From Malacoraja senta (taxonomy: Eukaryota), in assembly GCA_038087875.1 (NCBI GenBank), contig JAXLNO010000364.1, forward strand, positions 1 to 64,000: a stretch of DNA of 64,000 bases. Reading direction: 5' to 3'. The translations under genes and the position numbers were made by a program. Of the stretch, positions 32,701 through 52,196 are shown piece by piece (position 1 is the stretch's first letter; each line of letters starts with the position of its first letter). The notes beneath the pieces are model-generated. The model saw only the letters and a list, made by a program, of their open reading frames with translations. It did no database searches and was not told where the DNA came from.

Positions 32701-33085
32701 GATTGGGTAAACGTGTGAGGATAGTTTGATGTTACTAGGCCTGTACTCGCTGGAGTTTAGCAGAATGAAGGGAGACTTCATTGAAACACACAGAATAGTG
32801 AATGGCTTGGATAGAGTGTGTGTGGGGAGGATGTTTCTACTAGTGGAGAGCCTAGCACGGGAGGGCATTGCCTCAGAATTCGACGTTCTTTTAGTAAGGA
32901 GATGAGGAGACATTTCTTTAGTCAGAGGATAGTGAATCTGTGGATTTTTTTGCTGCAGAACGCAGTGTAGGCGAAGTCAGTGGATATTTTTAAGGCAGAG
33001 ATGGATAGATTCTTGATTATTACAGGTGTCAGAGATTATGGTGAGAAGGCAGAAGAATGGGGTGAGCACGGAGAAACTTATCAAC
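29710..33085 (+). mobile_element. Degraded CR1 LINE (ORF1 deleted; 3' end fused to the next CR1 fragment by a deletion at ~32697)
   Basis: APE/RT motifs YRPVSLTSVV, SQHGFTKGK, GVTQGSVLGP. Lacks the ORF1 segment seen in the other spacers. Confidence 0.9.
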
Positions 33086-33227
33086 TACACTTTGCCCCCC
33101 TCACGTTAAATCTATCATCTCTAATAATTGACCTGTCTATCGTGGGGCGGGGCTGGAGGGGGGGGGGGGTAGATAACGAATGTCCGCCCAATCTGTGCCT
33201 CCCATAGTGTCATTTTGATTGGTTGAG

Positions 33228-33937
33228 AGATACAGAATGGAAACCGGCCCATTCGCCCACCCCACGCCGACCATTTCTCATGCGATCACACGCCAGTTCT
33301 ACCTTATACCCACTTTCCGTTCGCTCCCTACACACTAGTGACAATTTATGGAGGCCAATTGACCTACAATCCCAAAGCACCCTGAAATATAGAAGCATCA
33401 CGAGGCTATTTCGCCCATCAAGTTCGCTCCGCCATCCGCCACTCCAAAGACGTAGAGGTGTGTATGTTAATTTGCTTGGTGTAAATGAAAATTGTCCCTC
33501 GTGTGTGTATGATAGCGGTAGTGTGCGGGGATCGCTGATTGAACCTTCTGAACCTTCTGAATTTTGTAGTCGGCAGGGCAGTACTCTGCATATCACCAAC
33601 TTGGACAATTTTACATTTTTATCAAGCCAATTAATCAAGCCAATTAACCTACAAACCTGTACATCTTTGGAGTGTGGCAGGAAACCGAAGATCTCGGAGA
33701 AAACCTACGCAGATCACGGGGAGAACGTACAAACTCCAGGTCTCTGGCGTTGCATTTTGCTGCACCGCTGTGCCACCGTGACTGCAAAGACGTACGAGTT
33801 TGCAGGGAAATCGGCTTGGTATAAATGTAAATTATTCTCAGTCGAGTAGGATCGTGTTAGCGTGCGGGGGATCGCTGGTAGATGCGGACTCGCTGGGCTG
33901 ATGGGCCTGTTTCCGCGCTGCATCTATAAACTGAACC
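33228..33937. mobile_element. SINE fragment cluster (spacer 3)
   Basis: Paralogous to 9570-10295. Confidence 0.7.
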
Positions 33938-34742
33938 AAACTTTGAAAGTAAAATAGAGCATCAGAATCAGTTTCGTTGGTCCGCTTTAAAAATTATCTG
34001 TTGCTCTCGCATGGAATTGTTTTCTCTCGCTGGAGAAAGGTGCTACAGGAGAGATAGAGATGTTGGGTGCGGGGGGTGGGGGTGGGGGAGGGGAGGGGAG
34101 GAGGAGTGTTGCTTTCTGGATTGATACAGATTGTCACAGCAGTAGTCCGAAGTGACATTGCGGATGTTTCCTTCAGTCAGGCTAGATTTCTGAATTTGAG
34201 AAATAAAAATCAATATACCAGTAAGATAGACAGACACACAATGCTGGCGTAACTCAGATGGCCAGGTAGCATCTCTGGAGTAAAGGAATGGGTGAAGTTT
34301 CGGGTCGAGACTCTTCTTAATAAGCACCAGTAGTCAGAATCGAACTCGTGTTTCTGGAGCTGTAAAGCATCAGCTGCACCGCTGCGCCGCCGAGGTCGTT
34401 TCCTCTTTTCTTATTGACTGAATTTACCATCCAAACGTCAGGAAGTCTGCCATCCGCGACCTTCATGTTCTGTGGAACACGCCGGAACTGAAATCCCACC
34501 ACCTCGTCTTTAGCCGACTCCTACACGTAGGATGAGGACTTACCTAAGAACAGCTGCTCCCAAATTACTCTCCCACTTTCTGCCTAACACTGATATTTTT
34601 ATTTTCCATTCTCCGATTTCTCAAATTAATCGACAAAACAATCAGTCCTTAAAATAATTTTATTATCAATAGTATAATATCTATCAATATAATCTATTAA
34701 ATCTATATTAAATTAAACTTTTAATTACTAAATTAATTAATG

Positions 34743-37594
<2,852 letters not shown>

Positions 37595-37614
37595 GTTGCT
37601 CCGCTCGCGTGGTT

Positions 37615-37818
37615 CTCGAGACTATGACGCGCGGCGCCGCTCCGGTATTTATACGACCCCCGGGATAGAACGGTGGCATTCGGTAAACGCGCGCCGATTG
37701 GTCAATGAGAACAATGACCTTGGTTGCCACAGGAAACAAACATAGAAGGTTCCAAGGCGCTCATTGCTGAATAATCCGCAGTGTGAGACGTAGAACAATG
37801 GACCTTCAGTGACGCAAT
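37615..37818 (-). promoter_or_regulatory. Proximal promoter of tubulin copy 4
   Basis: TATAAATA, CCAAT and X-box (37723-37737) retained. Confidence 0.65.
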
Positions 37819-38594
37819 CCATTGTCTGCCTTCACCTCCCAGATTCCAATCTATTAATTACCGCTTGAAATAAAAGGATCTGACCACATGCCTCAAAATG
37901 ATACCTAGCGCCAACTATTTGACTTCCTCACCCCATGCAATCAATTTAGCCACTTTACCAGTGGAAAAATTGCTGTAGATCACAGCGAATGTGATGTTAA
38001 TCCCACGCATCTCTGCATTAATCACTTCATAATCCGGGATATCCGGTCTATCATCGCAATGCCTAACATCAATTATTATTGATTTATTACCATCACGTGT
38101 GCTGCAAAAAAAATGTCAGGCGTACTATATGGGCAGATCACATCACTCCTCATTATATCTGATAGTGCAACACGAAAAAAATGAGCAACGTGCGGAGTAC
38201 AATGTTACATCTAGAGAATAAAATAACATTTTTATTTTTAAGTATGAGGACCACAGGAAGGTAGCACATGAGAGGCCTGCTGGGACAAGCTGTTCCTGAA
38301 TCAGGTGGTACGTTCTTTCATGCTTTGGTACACGCTGTCCAACAGAAGTGGAGAGAAGAGTGAATGACCGGGGCTTAAGGTATGGAGGGGGTGGGGTGTG
38401 GGAGTGGCCCTTGATTGTGACGATGTCATGCAATTAGATTCCAAATGATCAATCACTGATTAATAAAGTGCCATTGAACATCTTGATTGATTGAAAGATG
38501 TACTGAACAAATATGATGACGTGCAGTCCATCTGAACCGCAGCAATCTCCAATTCCGTAAGGATGAATCACAAGGATATCACATTGATGGCTTT

Positions 38595-41315
38595 ATGGAG
38601 TCATAGAGTGATAGAGTGTAGAAACAGGCCGTTCGGCTCCACTTCCCACACCGGCCAACATGTCCCACCTGCCTGCCCTTGGACCATATCCATCCAAACG
38701 TGTCCCATCACTGTACCTGTTTAACTGTTCCTTATACGTTCGGAGAGTCCCAGCCGCAACTGCCCGCTATAGCAGTTTGTTCCATGCAACCACCACACTT
38801 TGTTTGAAATGGTTACCGCTCAAATTCCTATTAAATCTTTACCGCTTCACCTTGAATCTATTGGTCCTCGATGGCCCTACACTGGGCAAGATATTATAAC
38901 CATATAACCATATAACAATTACAGCATGGAAACAGGCCAACTCGGCCCTTCAAGTCCATGCCGAACACTCTTTCTCCCCTAGTCCCATCTACCTGCACTC
39001 AGACCATAACCCTCCATTCCTTTCTCGTCCATATACCCATCCAATCTATTTTTAAATGATAAAATCGAACCTGCCTCCACCACTTCCACTGGAAGCTCAT
39101 GCCACACAGCTACCACTCTCTGAGTATAGAAGCTCCCCCTAATGTTACCCCTAAACTTCTGTCCCTTAATTCTCAAGTCATGTCCTCTTGTTTGAATCTT
39201 CCCTACTCTCAATGGGAAAAGCTTATCCACGTCAACTCTGTCTATCCCTCTCATCATTTAAAAAACCTCTATCAAGTCCATCTGCCATCTTTCAGCCCAC
39301 TCTTCCAGAATGGCCTAAATCTCTCTGTAGACTTTGAAAATCTACTTCATTATCCACAACGCCACCTTTTAGTGTCATCTGCATATTTACTAATCCAATT
39401 TTCCACACCATCATCCAGATCATTGATGTACATGACAAACAACAGTGGACCCAACACAGACACCTGAGGCACCCCACTAGTCACCGACCTCCAACCTGAC
39501 ATACAGCCAGCCACCATTACTCTCTGGCATCTCCCATTCAGCCACTGTTGAATCCAGCAGCCACTGTTGAATCCATTATGTGCATCTACCCGACCTGTTC
39601 CTCTCATGATTTGTAACACCTCTGCACGATCACCCCTCATCCTCCTGCGCTCCAAGGAACAGCGACCCAGCCTACTCAACCTCTCCCATCAGCTCAGACC
39701 ACCTAGTCCTGGCAGCATCCGCGTAAATCTTCACTGCCAGAGACTAGGGGTCGGTGCTGTGGCCGCTGCTCTTCACGTTGTATATCAATGATTTGGGTGA
39801 GGGAATTGAATGCTTGGTGGGAGGTTTGGTGATGCTGCGAAGGTAGGTGGAGGGGCAGATAGTGTAGATAAAGCAGCGACTCTGCCGAAGGATTTGGGCA
39901 TGTTTGGAAAGTAGTCAAAGAAATGGCAGCGCAGCAAAAGGCGGAGACCGGCATTTTGATAGTAGGAATCAATCGAAGACTATTTTCTAATTTTCTAATT
40001 GAGGAGAGAATTCAGAAATCTGAGGTGCAAAGGGACTCGGGAATGCTGATACAGGATTCCCAAAAATGTAATTTGCAAGTCGAATTGATAGTACGGCAGG
40101 AAAATGCAATACAAGCATTTATTTGGGGAGGACAAGAATATAAAAAAACGGACGTAATATTGAGGCTTGAAAAGGCACCGGTGAGCGCATTTGAGGTATT
40201 TTGACCAATGTGGGACCCCATATCGAAGGCCTGATGTACTGGCGTTGGAAAGGGTACGGAGGATGATTATGAGAATGATCCCAGCACCGAATTGGGTTCA
40301 CGTATGATAAACGTTTGACGATACTGTGCCTGTACTAGCTGGAGTGCAGAAGGAAGAGGGGAGAACCTCATTGAAACAAATGGCTTGTGGAGGCTATCGC
40401 GTGAAGGCAGGGGAATGGGGCTGATAGGGGAAGAAAGATCACCCACGATTAAATGGCGGAGTAAGCTAGAGTCATAGAGTGATACAGTGTGGACACAGAC
40501 CTTTAGGCAAAACTTTCATTCACCGGCCAACATTTCCCAGTTACCCCAGTCCCACCTACGTGTGCTTGGTCCATATCCATCCAAACGTGTCCCATCAATA
40601 GACCTGTTTAACTATTCCTTATACGTTCGGATAGTCCCAGCCTCAACAACCCCCTCTGGCAGCTTGTTCCATGCAACCACCACACTTTGTTTGCAAAGGT
40701 TACCGTTCAAATTCCTATTAAATATTTACACCTTCACCTTGAATATATTGGTCCTCGATGCTCCATACACCCACCATCCTTTGTGTGAAAACGTTAGCCT
40801 TCAGATTGCTTTTGAATATTTTCCCCTTCACCTTGTACCTATGTCTTCTGGTCCTCGATTCAACTACTTTCGGCAAGAGATTCTGCGCATCTATCCGATT
40901 TATTCCTCTCGTGATTTTAAGCACCTCTAGAAGATCACCCCTCATCCTCCTGCGCTCGAAGGCATAGAGACCCAGCCTACTCAACCTCTCCCGATAGCTC
41001 AGACCCTCTAATCCTGGCAACATTCTCGTAAATGCAATAGTACAATTCATTTAGACTTTAGACTTTTGACTTTAAACTTAAGAGATACTTCGCGGAAACA
41101 GCCCCTTCGTCGATCAGCGATCACCACGTGCACTGGCACACCCCTAAACACTTGGGACAATTTTCAACTTTACCGAAGCCAAACCAGTACGACTTTGGAG
41201 TGTGGGAGAGACCCGGACCACCGAAGAAAACCCACAGGGAGAACATCCAAACTCCGTACAAACAGCATCCGGAGTCCCGATCGAACCCGGGTCTCTGGCG
41301 CTGTAAGGCAACAAC
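38595..41315. mobile_element. CR1 3' fragments and SINE (spacer 4), containing a unit-specific insertion
   Basis: Paralogous to 3076-4872 with extra sequence at 38898-39574 and ~40570-40760. Confidence 0.82.
38898..39574 (-). mobile_element. Unit-specific CR1 insertion with 5-bp target-site duplication
   Basis: Absent from the other spacers. ATTAT at 38893-38897 and 39575-39579, GTTATATG-type tail, RT motifs [26 protein letters not shown]. Confidence 0.88.
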
Positions 41316-41474
41316 CTTCAAGGTCGGCAGGTGAAGGGGCGAGTGCGGAGGATTGGCTGCAGAATTTAAAGCCTTGAGGAGTTTTCAAGAGCGGGTCATT
41401 TAAAAACCGGTAACTAAATCTGTAAATTAGCTAATTAGTTAATTGAATAGCAAATAAAAGTAGGGCTCGCTCTT

Positions 41475-44400
41475 GGAGTGCCTTGACGTGAGTGCCTTGG
41501 TGAGCAAAGCGTGAGTCTTTGGCTCAAGAGCGTCTTGGTGAGTAAGGTGTGAGACTTTGTCTCAAGAGTCTTCGGCGAGAAGGCTGATCGAAATGTGTGA
41601 TTTGTGATATTTAGTCCAGTAAAGAAAAGGCAGAGTGGTACAGTGTGTTTCCTGCAGGATGTGGGAAGTCAGGTACACCGCTGGTGCTTCTGGAAACTAT
41701 ACCTGCAGAAATTGTGTCCAGGTGCTGCTCCTGAATGAACGTGTTGGGGAAATGAAGAAGCAGCTGGAGGACCTCACGACCATCCGGGAAAACGAGAATT
41801 TTCTGGACAAGACCTTCAGTGAGGCTGTCACACCAAGGATACCGGAGTAGCGAAGGTGGATGACTGTGAGAAAGAGGCGTAAATGTGGAGTGCAAGAGAA
41901 CACGGTGGCTGTACCTAATGAGACGCGACCGGTGAGAACGACGTCAGGCAGAACCATAGTGGTGAGTGACTCCATTGTCCGAGGTGCGGACAGGACATTC
42001 ATTTGCGGCTGGCGAGTCTCGAGGATAGTCTGTTGCATCCCTGGTGCAAGATATCTCGGACCGACTTCAGAACATCCTTCGGAAGGTAGGTGAGGAGCCG
42101 GAAGTAGGTATGCATGTGGGCACAAACGACGTCGGGGAGAAGAGGAAGTATGTTCTGCACCGTGAGTTTAGAGAGTTAGGAAGAAGATTGAAAAGCAGGA
42201 CTTCTGGGGTGGTTATCTCTGGACTGTTTCCAGTACCCCGTGCTGGTGAGTATCGGAATGGGAGATGGCGGATCTGAATGTGGGCTGAGGGTCTGGTGCA
42301 GTGAGCAGCGATTTAGATTCATAGACCACTGGGACCTATTCTGGGGCAGGGATGACCTCTACAAAAGTGACGGGTTACACCTTAACAGGGGCGGGACCAA
42401 TATTCTGGCAGCCACGAGGGTTTAAAATAATTTGCGGGAAGGAAGTGTTGACGAATTGGAAATATAAGGTTGAAGTTAAACGTGAAGAGAGTACAGGAAA
42501 TGTTGCGAGAGACAACCGAATTAATGGGACGGAAAGTTCAAGAAGGGATTAGAGAGTAAGGTCAGGTGAAAGAGGGACCGGTTTGAGAGACGAGGTGAAT
42601 ACCGCATTAAAAGTGTTACCCCGAACTATAAGAAATAAGGTGGATGAGCTTTAGACAAAGTTAGAAATTGGTGAGTATGATGTTGTGGGAATTACAGACA
42701 CATGGCTGCAAGCGGATCACAACTGGGAACTGAATATTCAGGGGTATATGTCCTATTGCAAAGAAAGCCAGATGGGCAGAGGGGATGCGGTGGCTATTTT
42801 GGTAAGGAATGAAATTCAGTCTCTTGCGACGGGAGACATAGAGTCAGACGTAGAGTCAATGTGTATGGAACTGAGAAATTGAACGGTAGAAAGACCCTAG
42901 TCCGTGTTATCTACAGGCTCCCAAACAGTAGCCTGGAGATAGGGTGCAAGTTGCATCAGGAGTTAAAATTAACATGTAACAAAGTTAATGCTACGGTGTT
43001 TACGGGAGACTTCAACATGCAGGTGGACTAGGAAAATTACATAGGTACTGGACCCCAAGAAATGGACTTTGTAGTGTGTTTCCGAGATGGATTCTTAGAG
43101 CAGCTTGTACTGGAGCCTACTAGGTAGCAGGAAAATCTGGATTTAATGTTATGTAATGAACCGAATATTATAAGTGACCTCAAGGTAAAGGAACCATTAG
43201 GAGGTAGTGGCCATAATATGATAAGTTTTAATATGCAATATGAGATAGCGAAGGTAATATCGGAAGTGGCAGTATTCCAGTTGAACAAAGAGGACTATTG
43301 AGGCATGAGGGAGGAGCTTGCCATAGTTCACTGGAAAGGGACCCAAGAAGGGATGACCGTGGAACAGCAATGGCAGGTATATCTGAGAATAATCCAGAAG
43401 ATGCAGGTTAATTTCTTTCCAAACAGGAAGAAAGATTCTAAAGGGAGTAAGAGGCGACCGTGGCTGACAAGCGAAATCATGGGGTGGGAGATTGCAACCT
43501 TCACGTGTCAACCGTGTTTCGACTAATGCAATCAACCCGACGTGCACAAACAAGATCAAATAGAACAAGTTGGCCTACAACTTTAGGCTGTGCACACCAT
43601 ACGCAAGAAGAAGAAGGGAAGTCAAGGACAGTATAAACATAAAAGAGAAGACGTATAACTCAATTCTGATTTGAGAATTAATTGACAATAATTTAGGGGC
43701 AACATGAGGGGGGACCTCTTTACTCAGAGAGTCGTAGCTGTGTGGAATGCTTCCAGTGGAAGTGGTGAAGGCAGGTTCGTTTTTATCATTTAAAAATAAA
43801 TTGGATAGGTATATGGACGGGAAAGGAATGGAAGGTTATGTTCTGAGTGCAGGTAGATGGGACTCGGTGAGAGTAAGTGTTCGGCACGGACTAGAAGGGC
43901 CGAGATGGCCTGTTTCCGTGCTGTAATTGTTATATTGTTATATGGTTATAACATAGCAAATATGAGCGGGCTGACAGAGGATTGGGAAACTTTTTAAAGA
44001 ACAACAGAAAGTAACTGAAAAGCTTCCTTCGGTAGATGAAGAACAAAAACAAAGTGAATGTGAATCCCTTGAAGACAGAAACAGGTGGATTTATTATGGG
44101 GAACAAGGAAAAGGGAAACGAGTTGAACAGGTGCTTTGGTTCTGTGTTCACTACGGAAGTCAGAAACAATCTCCCAGATGTAGTAGGGGACAGAGGACCT
44201 GGGTGATGGAGGAACTGAAGGAAATTCACGTCAGTCAGGAAATAGTGTCGGGTTCACTGATGGGACGGAAGGCTCATACATTCCCAGGGTCTGATGGTCT
44301 GCATTCCCGTCTACTCAAGGAGGTGGCTCTAGAAATCGTGGACGCCTTGGTGATAATGTTTCAATCATCTATAGATTATGAATCAGTTCCTGTGAAATGG

Positions 44401-45602
44401 AGGGTAGCTAATGTTATCACACTTTTCAAGAAAGTAGGGAGAGAGAACGCAGGGCATTATAGACCAGTTTGCCTGACATCAGTGGTGGGGAAGATGCTGG
44501 AGCCGTTTATTGGAGATGTAACAGTGGCGCATTTGGGTAGCAGTACCAGGATCGGTCCAAGTCAGCATGGATTTACGAAGGGCAAATCATACTTGACACC
44601 GCAGATATTTACAATGTATATTAATGATTTAGAAGAAGGGATTACAAGTAACATTTGCAAATTTGCAGATGACACAAATCTGGGTGACAGTGTGAACTGT
44701 GAGGAGGATGCTATGAGAATGCAGAGTGACTTGGACAGGTTGAGTGAATGGGCAGATGCACGGCAGATGCAGTTTAATGTGGATAAATGTGAGGTTATCC
44801 ACTTTGGTAGCAAAAATGAGAAGGCAGATCATTATCTAAATGATGTCAGGTTGGGAAAGGGGGAAGTTCAACGGGATATCGGGGTCCTTGTTCATCAGTC
44901 AATGAATGTAAGCATGCCATGCAGGTACAGCAGGCAGTGAAGAAAGCGGAAGTTGGCCTTGATAACAAGAGAATTGAGTAGAGGAGCAGAGAAGTCCTTC
45001 TACAGTTGTACAGGGCCCTGGTGAAACCACACCTGTTGTATTGTGTGCAGTTTTGGTATCCTCATTTGAGGAAGGATATTCTTGCTTTTGAGGGAGTGCA
45101 GCGTAGGTTCACGACGTTAATACCCGGGATGGCGGGACTGTCATCTGATGAAAGAATGGAACGACTGGGCTTGTATTCACTGGAATTTAGAAGGATGAGA
45201 GGGGATCATAGAAACATACAACATATTTAAGAGATTGGACACGCTAGATGCAGCAAACATGTTTCCGATATCAGGGGACTTCAAAACCAGGGGCCACAGT
45301 TTAAGAATAAGGGGTAGTCTATTTAGGACTCAGATGAGTAAAAGTCATTTTCACACAGTGTGTTGTGAATTTTTGGAATTCTCTGCTTCTGAAGGCAGTG
45401 GAGGCCGATTCACTGGATGCATTCAACAGAGAGTTAGATAGAGCTCTTAGGGTTAGCGGAATCAAGGGGTATCCGGAGAAGGCAGGAACAGGGTAATGAT
45501 TGTGGATGATCAGCCATGATTACATTGAATGGTGGAGCAGGCTCAAAGGGTCGGAAAGCCTACTCCGGCACATATTGTCTATGTATCTATGTATCTATGT
45601 AT
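41475..45602 (+). mobile_element. Degraded near-full-length CR1 LINE (spacer 4)
   Basis: ORF1 Cys motif, esterase-like motifs, APE, RT ORF 44131-44940 with KFADDT, 3' tail. Internal RT deletion at ~44597. Confidence 0.92.
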
Positions 45603-45644
45603 ATAATTCTACCCATGCGTCAATGTGCCATTCCAGTTTCGAGG

Positions 45645-47498
45645 AGACTAATACATAAAAGCAATGGTGTAATGCTGAGGCCTCATGAGACGCTGGTGAG
45701 GCCACGTTTGGAATATTGTAAGCGGTTATGGGCCTCATGTCTAAGGATGGGTGCGCAAGCGTGGAGTGGGCTCGGGGGACGTTCAGTGAAATGGTCCCGG
45801 TTATGATTGAGTAAACGTGTGAGGATAGTTTGATGTTACTAGGCCTGTACTCGCTGGAGTTTAGTACAATGAAGGGAGACTTCATTGAAACACACAGAAT
45901 AGTGAATGGCTTGGATAGAGTGGGTGTGGGTGGGATGTTTCTACTAGTAGAGAGCCTAGCACGGGAGGGCATAGCCTCAGAATTCGACGTTCTTTTAGGA
46001 AGGAGATGAGGTTCCTTTAGTCAGAGGATGGTGAATCTGTGGAATTCTTTGCTGCAGAACGCAATGTAGGCCAAGTCAGTGGATATTGTTAAGGCAGAAA
46101 TGGATAGATTCTTGATTATTACAGGTATCACAGATTATGGTGAGAAGGCAGAAGAATGGGGTTACGATGGAGAAACATTTCAACTATGATTAATTGGCGG
46201 AGTAAACTTGATGGGCTGAAGTACATAATTCTACTCGTAATCCTTATGACCTTATGACTTTCATTAAGGTGTGTCTCGAGATGGGGACTGTTCTAGGGGC
46301 AGGGGTTGATCAGTGGGTGCAGAAACCTAGTTCACGAAAGTCCTCGGGGTCCTGTGGGTGTGGAGTGTCACAATCCTAAATGGCCTCATTATTCAGTCTG
46401 ATCCTGTGAGTGGGAGATTCTCATGGACAGAACATTTCAGCACAGGAATAGGCCCGTCGGCCCACAATGGCCGTGTCAAACACAATGTCAAATTAAACGA
46501 ATCTCTGCTTGCGCGCGATCCATATACTGTACTCCCATTCCCTGCATCCCCATCTAAAAGCCTCTCATAGACCACTATCGTATCTGCCTCCACCACCAAC
46601 CCCGGCAGTGCGTTTCAGGACACCACCACCCACTGTGTAAAAAAAACTTGCCCCTTACATCGTTACACTTTGCCCCCCTCATGTTAAATCTATCCTCTCT
46701 AATAATTGAACTGTCTATCGTGGGGTGGGTCCGGAGTGGGGAGGGTAGATAATGAATGTCAGCCCGATCTGTGCCTCTCATAGTGTCATTTTGATTGGTT
46801 GTAAGATACAGAATGGAAACCGGCCCTTCCGCCAACCCCACGCCGACCATTTGTCATGCGTTCATACGCCAGTTCTACGTTATACCCACTTTCCGTGCGC
46901 TCCCTACACACTAGCGACAATTTATGGAGGCCAAATAACCTACAATCCCAAAGCACCCTGAAATATAGGATCATCTTGAGGCCATTCCGCACATCAAGTT
47001 CGCTCCGCCATCCGCCACTCCAAAGACGTAGAGGTTTCTAGGTTAATTTGCTTGGTGTAATTGAAAATTGTCCCTAGTGGGTGTATGATAGCGGTAATGT
47101 GCGGGGATCGCTGATTGAACCTTCTGAAACTTCTGAATTATGTAGTCGGCAGGGTAGTACTCTGCATATCGCCAACTTCGACAATTTTACATTTTTATCA
47201 AGCCAATTAACCTACAAACCTGTACATCTTTGATGTGTGGGAGGAAACCGAAGATCTTGGAGAAAACCCACGCAGATCACGGGGAGAACGTACAAACTCC
47301 AGGTCTCTGGCGTTGCATTTTGCTGCACCGCTGTGCCACCGTGACTGCAAAGACGTACGAGTTTGCAGGTAAATCGGCTTGGTATAAATGTGAATTATTC
47401 TGTGAGTAGGATAGTGTTAGCGTGCGGGGGATCGCTGGTAGATGCGGACTCGCTGGGCTGAAGGGCCTGTTTCCGCGCTGCATCTCTAAACTGAACCA
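45645..47498. mobile_element. CR1 3' fragments and SINE cluster (spacer 4)
   Basis: Paralogous to 8885-10295 but with an extra ~490 bp at ~46185-46665. Confidence 0.75.
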
Positions 47499-48260
47499 AA
47501 GTAAAAGTAAAATAGAGCATCATAATCAGTTTCGATGGTCCGCTTTAACAATTATCTGTCGCTCTCGCATGGAATACGTTTCTCTCGCTGAAGAAAGGTG
47601 CTGCAGGAGAGACAGAGGTGTTGGGGCGGTGGGGGAGGTGGGGGGGGGGGGTAGGAGGAGTGTTGCTTTCTGGATTGGTACAGAGTGTCACAGCAGTAGT
47701 CCGAAATGACATTGCGGATGTTTCCTCCAGTCAGGCTAGATTTCTGAATTTGAGAATTAAAATCAATATACCAGTAAGATAGACACACAATGCTGGCGTA
47801 ACTCAGATGGCCAGGCAGTATCTCTGGAGTAAAGGAATGTTTGAAGTTATGGGTCGAGACCCTTCTTAATAAGCACCAGTAATCAGAATCGAACCTGGAG
47901 CTGTAAAGCTGTACCGCTGCGCCGCCGAGGTCGTTTCCTCTTTTCTTATTGACTGAATTTACCATCCAAACTTCAGGAAATCTGCCTTCCGCGACCTTCA
48001 TGTTCTGTGGAACACGCCGGAACTGAAATCCCTTCACCACGTCTTTAACCGACTCCTACAGTTAGGATGGGGACTTACCTAAGGACAGCTGCCCATAAAT
48101 TACTCTCCCCACTTTCTGCCTAACGCAATTTTTTATAATTTTCCATTCATCCACTCTAACAAAATAATCGGACCTTAAAATAATTTTATTAGCAATAGTA
48201 TAATATCTATCAATATAATCTATATTAAATTGAACTTTTAACTATAAAAATTAATTCTTA

Positions 48261-51232
<2,972 letters not shown>

Positions 51233-51252
51233 GTTGCTCCGCTCGCGTGGTT

Positions 51253-51455
51253 CTCGAGACTGTGACGCGCCGCGCCGCTCCGGTATTTATACGGCCCCGG
51301 GATAGAACGGTGGCATTCGGTAAACGCGCGCCGATTGGTCAATGAGAACAATGACCTTGGTTGCCACAGGAAACAAACATAGAAGGTTCCAAGGCGCTCA
51401 TTGCTGAATAATCCACAGTGTGAGACGTAGAACAATGGACCTTCAGTGACGCAAT
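51253..51455 (-). promoter_or_regulatory. Proximal promoter of tubulin copy 5
   Basis: TATAAATA, CCAAT and X-box (51360-51374). Confidence 0.7.
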
Positions 51456-52196
51456 CCATTGTCTGCCTTCACCTCCCAGATTCCAATCTATCAATTACAG
51501 CTGGAAGTTAAAGTATCTGACCACATACCTCCAAATGATACATAGCGCCAACTATTTGACTTCCTACCCCATGCAATCAATTTAGCCACTTTACCAGTGG
51601 AAAAACTGCTGTAGATCACAGCGAATGTGATGTTAATCACACGCATACAAGAGATAACCATCAATTTTTCTCCATTAATCACTTCATAATCCGGGATCTC
51701 CGGTCTATCATCGCAATGCCTAAGATCAATTTTTATTGATTTATTACCATCACGTGTGCTGCGAAAAAAATGTCAGGCGTACTATATAGGCAGATCACAT
51801 CACTCCTCAGTACATCTGATAGTGCAACACGAAAAAATAAGCAACGTGCAGAGTACAGTGCTACATCTAGAGAATAAAAATAACATTTTTGTTTTCAAGC
51901 ATGAGGACCACAGGGAAGGTAGCACATGAGAGGTCTGCGGGGATAAGCTGTTCCTCAATCAGATGGTACGTTCTTTCATGCTTTGGTCAACCAGAAGTGG
52001 AGAGAAGAGTGAATGACCGGGGCTTAAGGTATCGAGGGGGTGGGGTGTGGGAGTGGCCCTTGATTGTGACGATGTCATGCACTTAGATTCCAAATGATCA
52101 TCACTGATTAATAAAGTGCCATTGTACATCTTGATTGATTGAAAGATGAACTCTACAAATATGATGACGTGCAGTCCACCAGAACCCCAACAATCT

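Noticed and set aside
33223..33849. 208-aa ORF recurring in part across spacers
   Set aside because: It reads through SINE fragments, and the frame is not preserved among paralogous spacers.
44131..44940. 269-aa reverse transcriptase ORF as an active or domesticated gene
   Set aside because: It is opened by an internal deletion removing core RT motifs, and the surrounding CR1 is full of stops and frameshifts.
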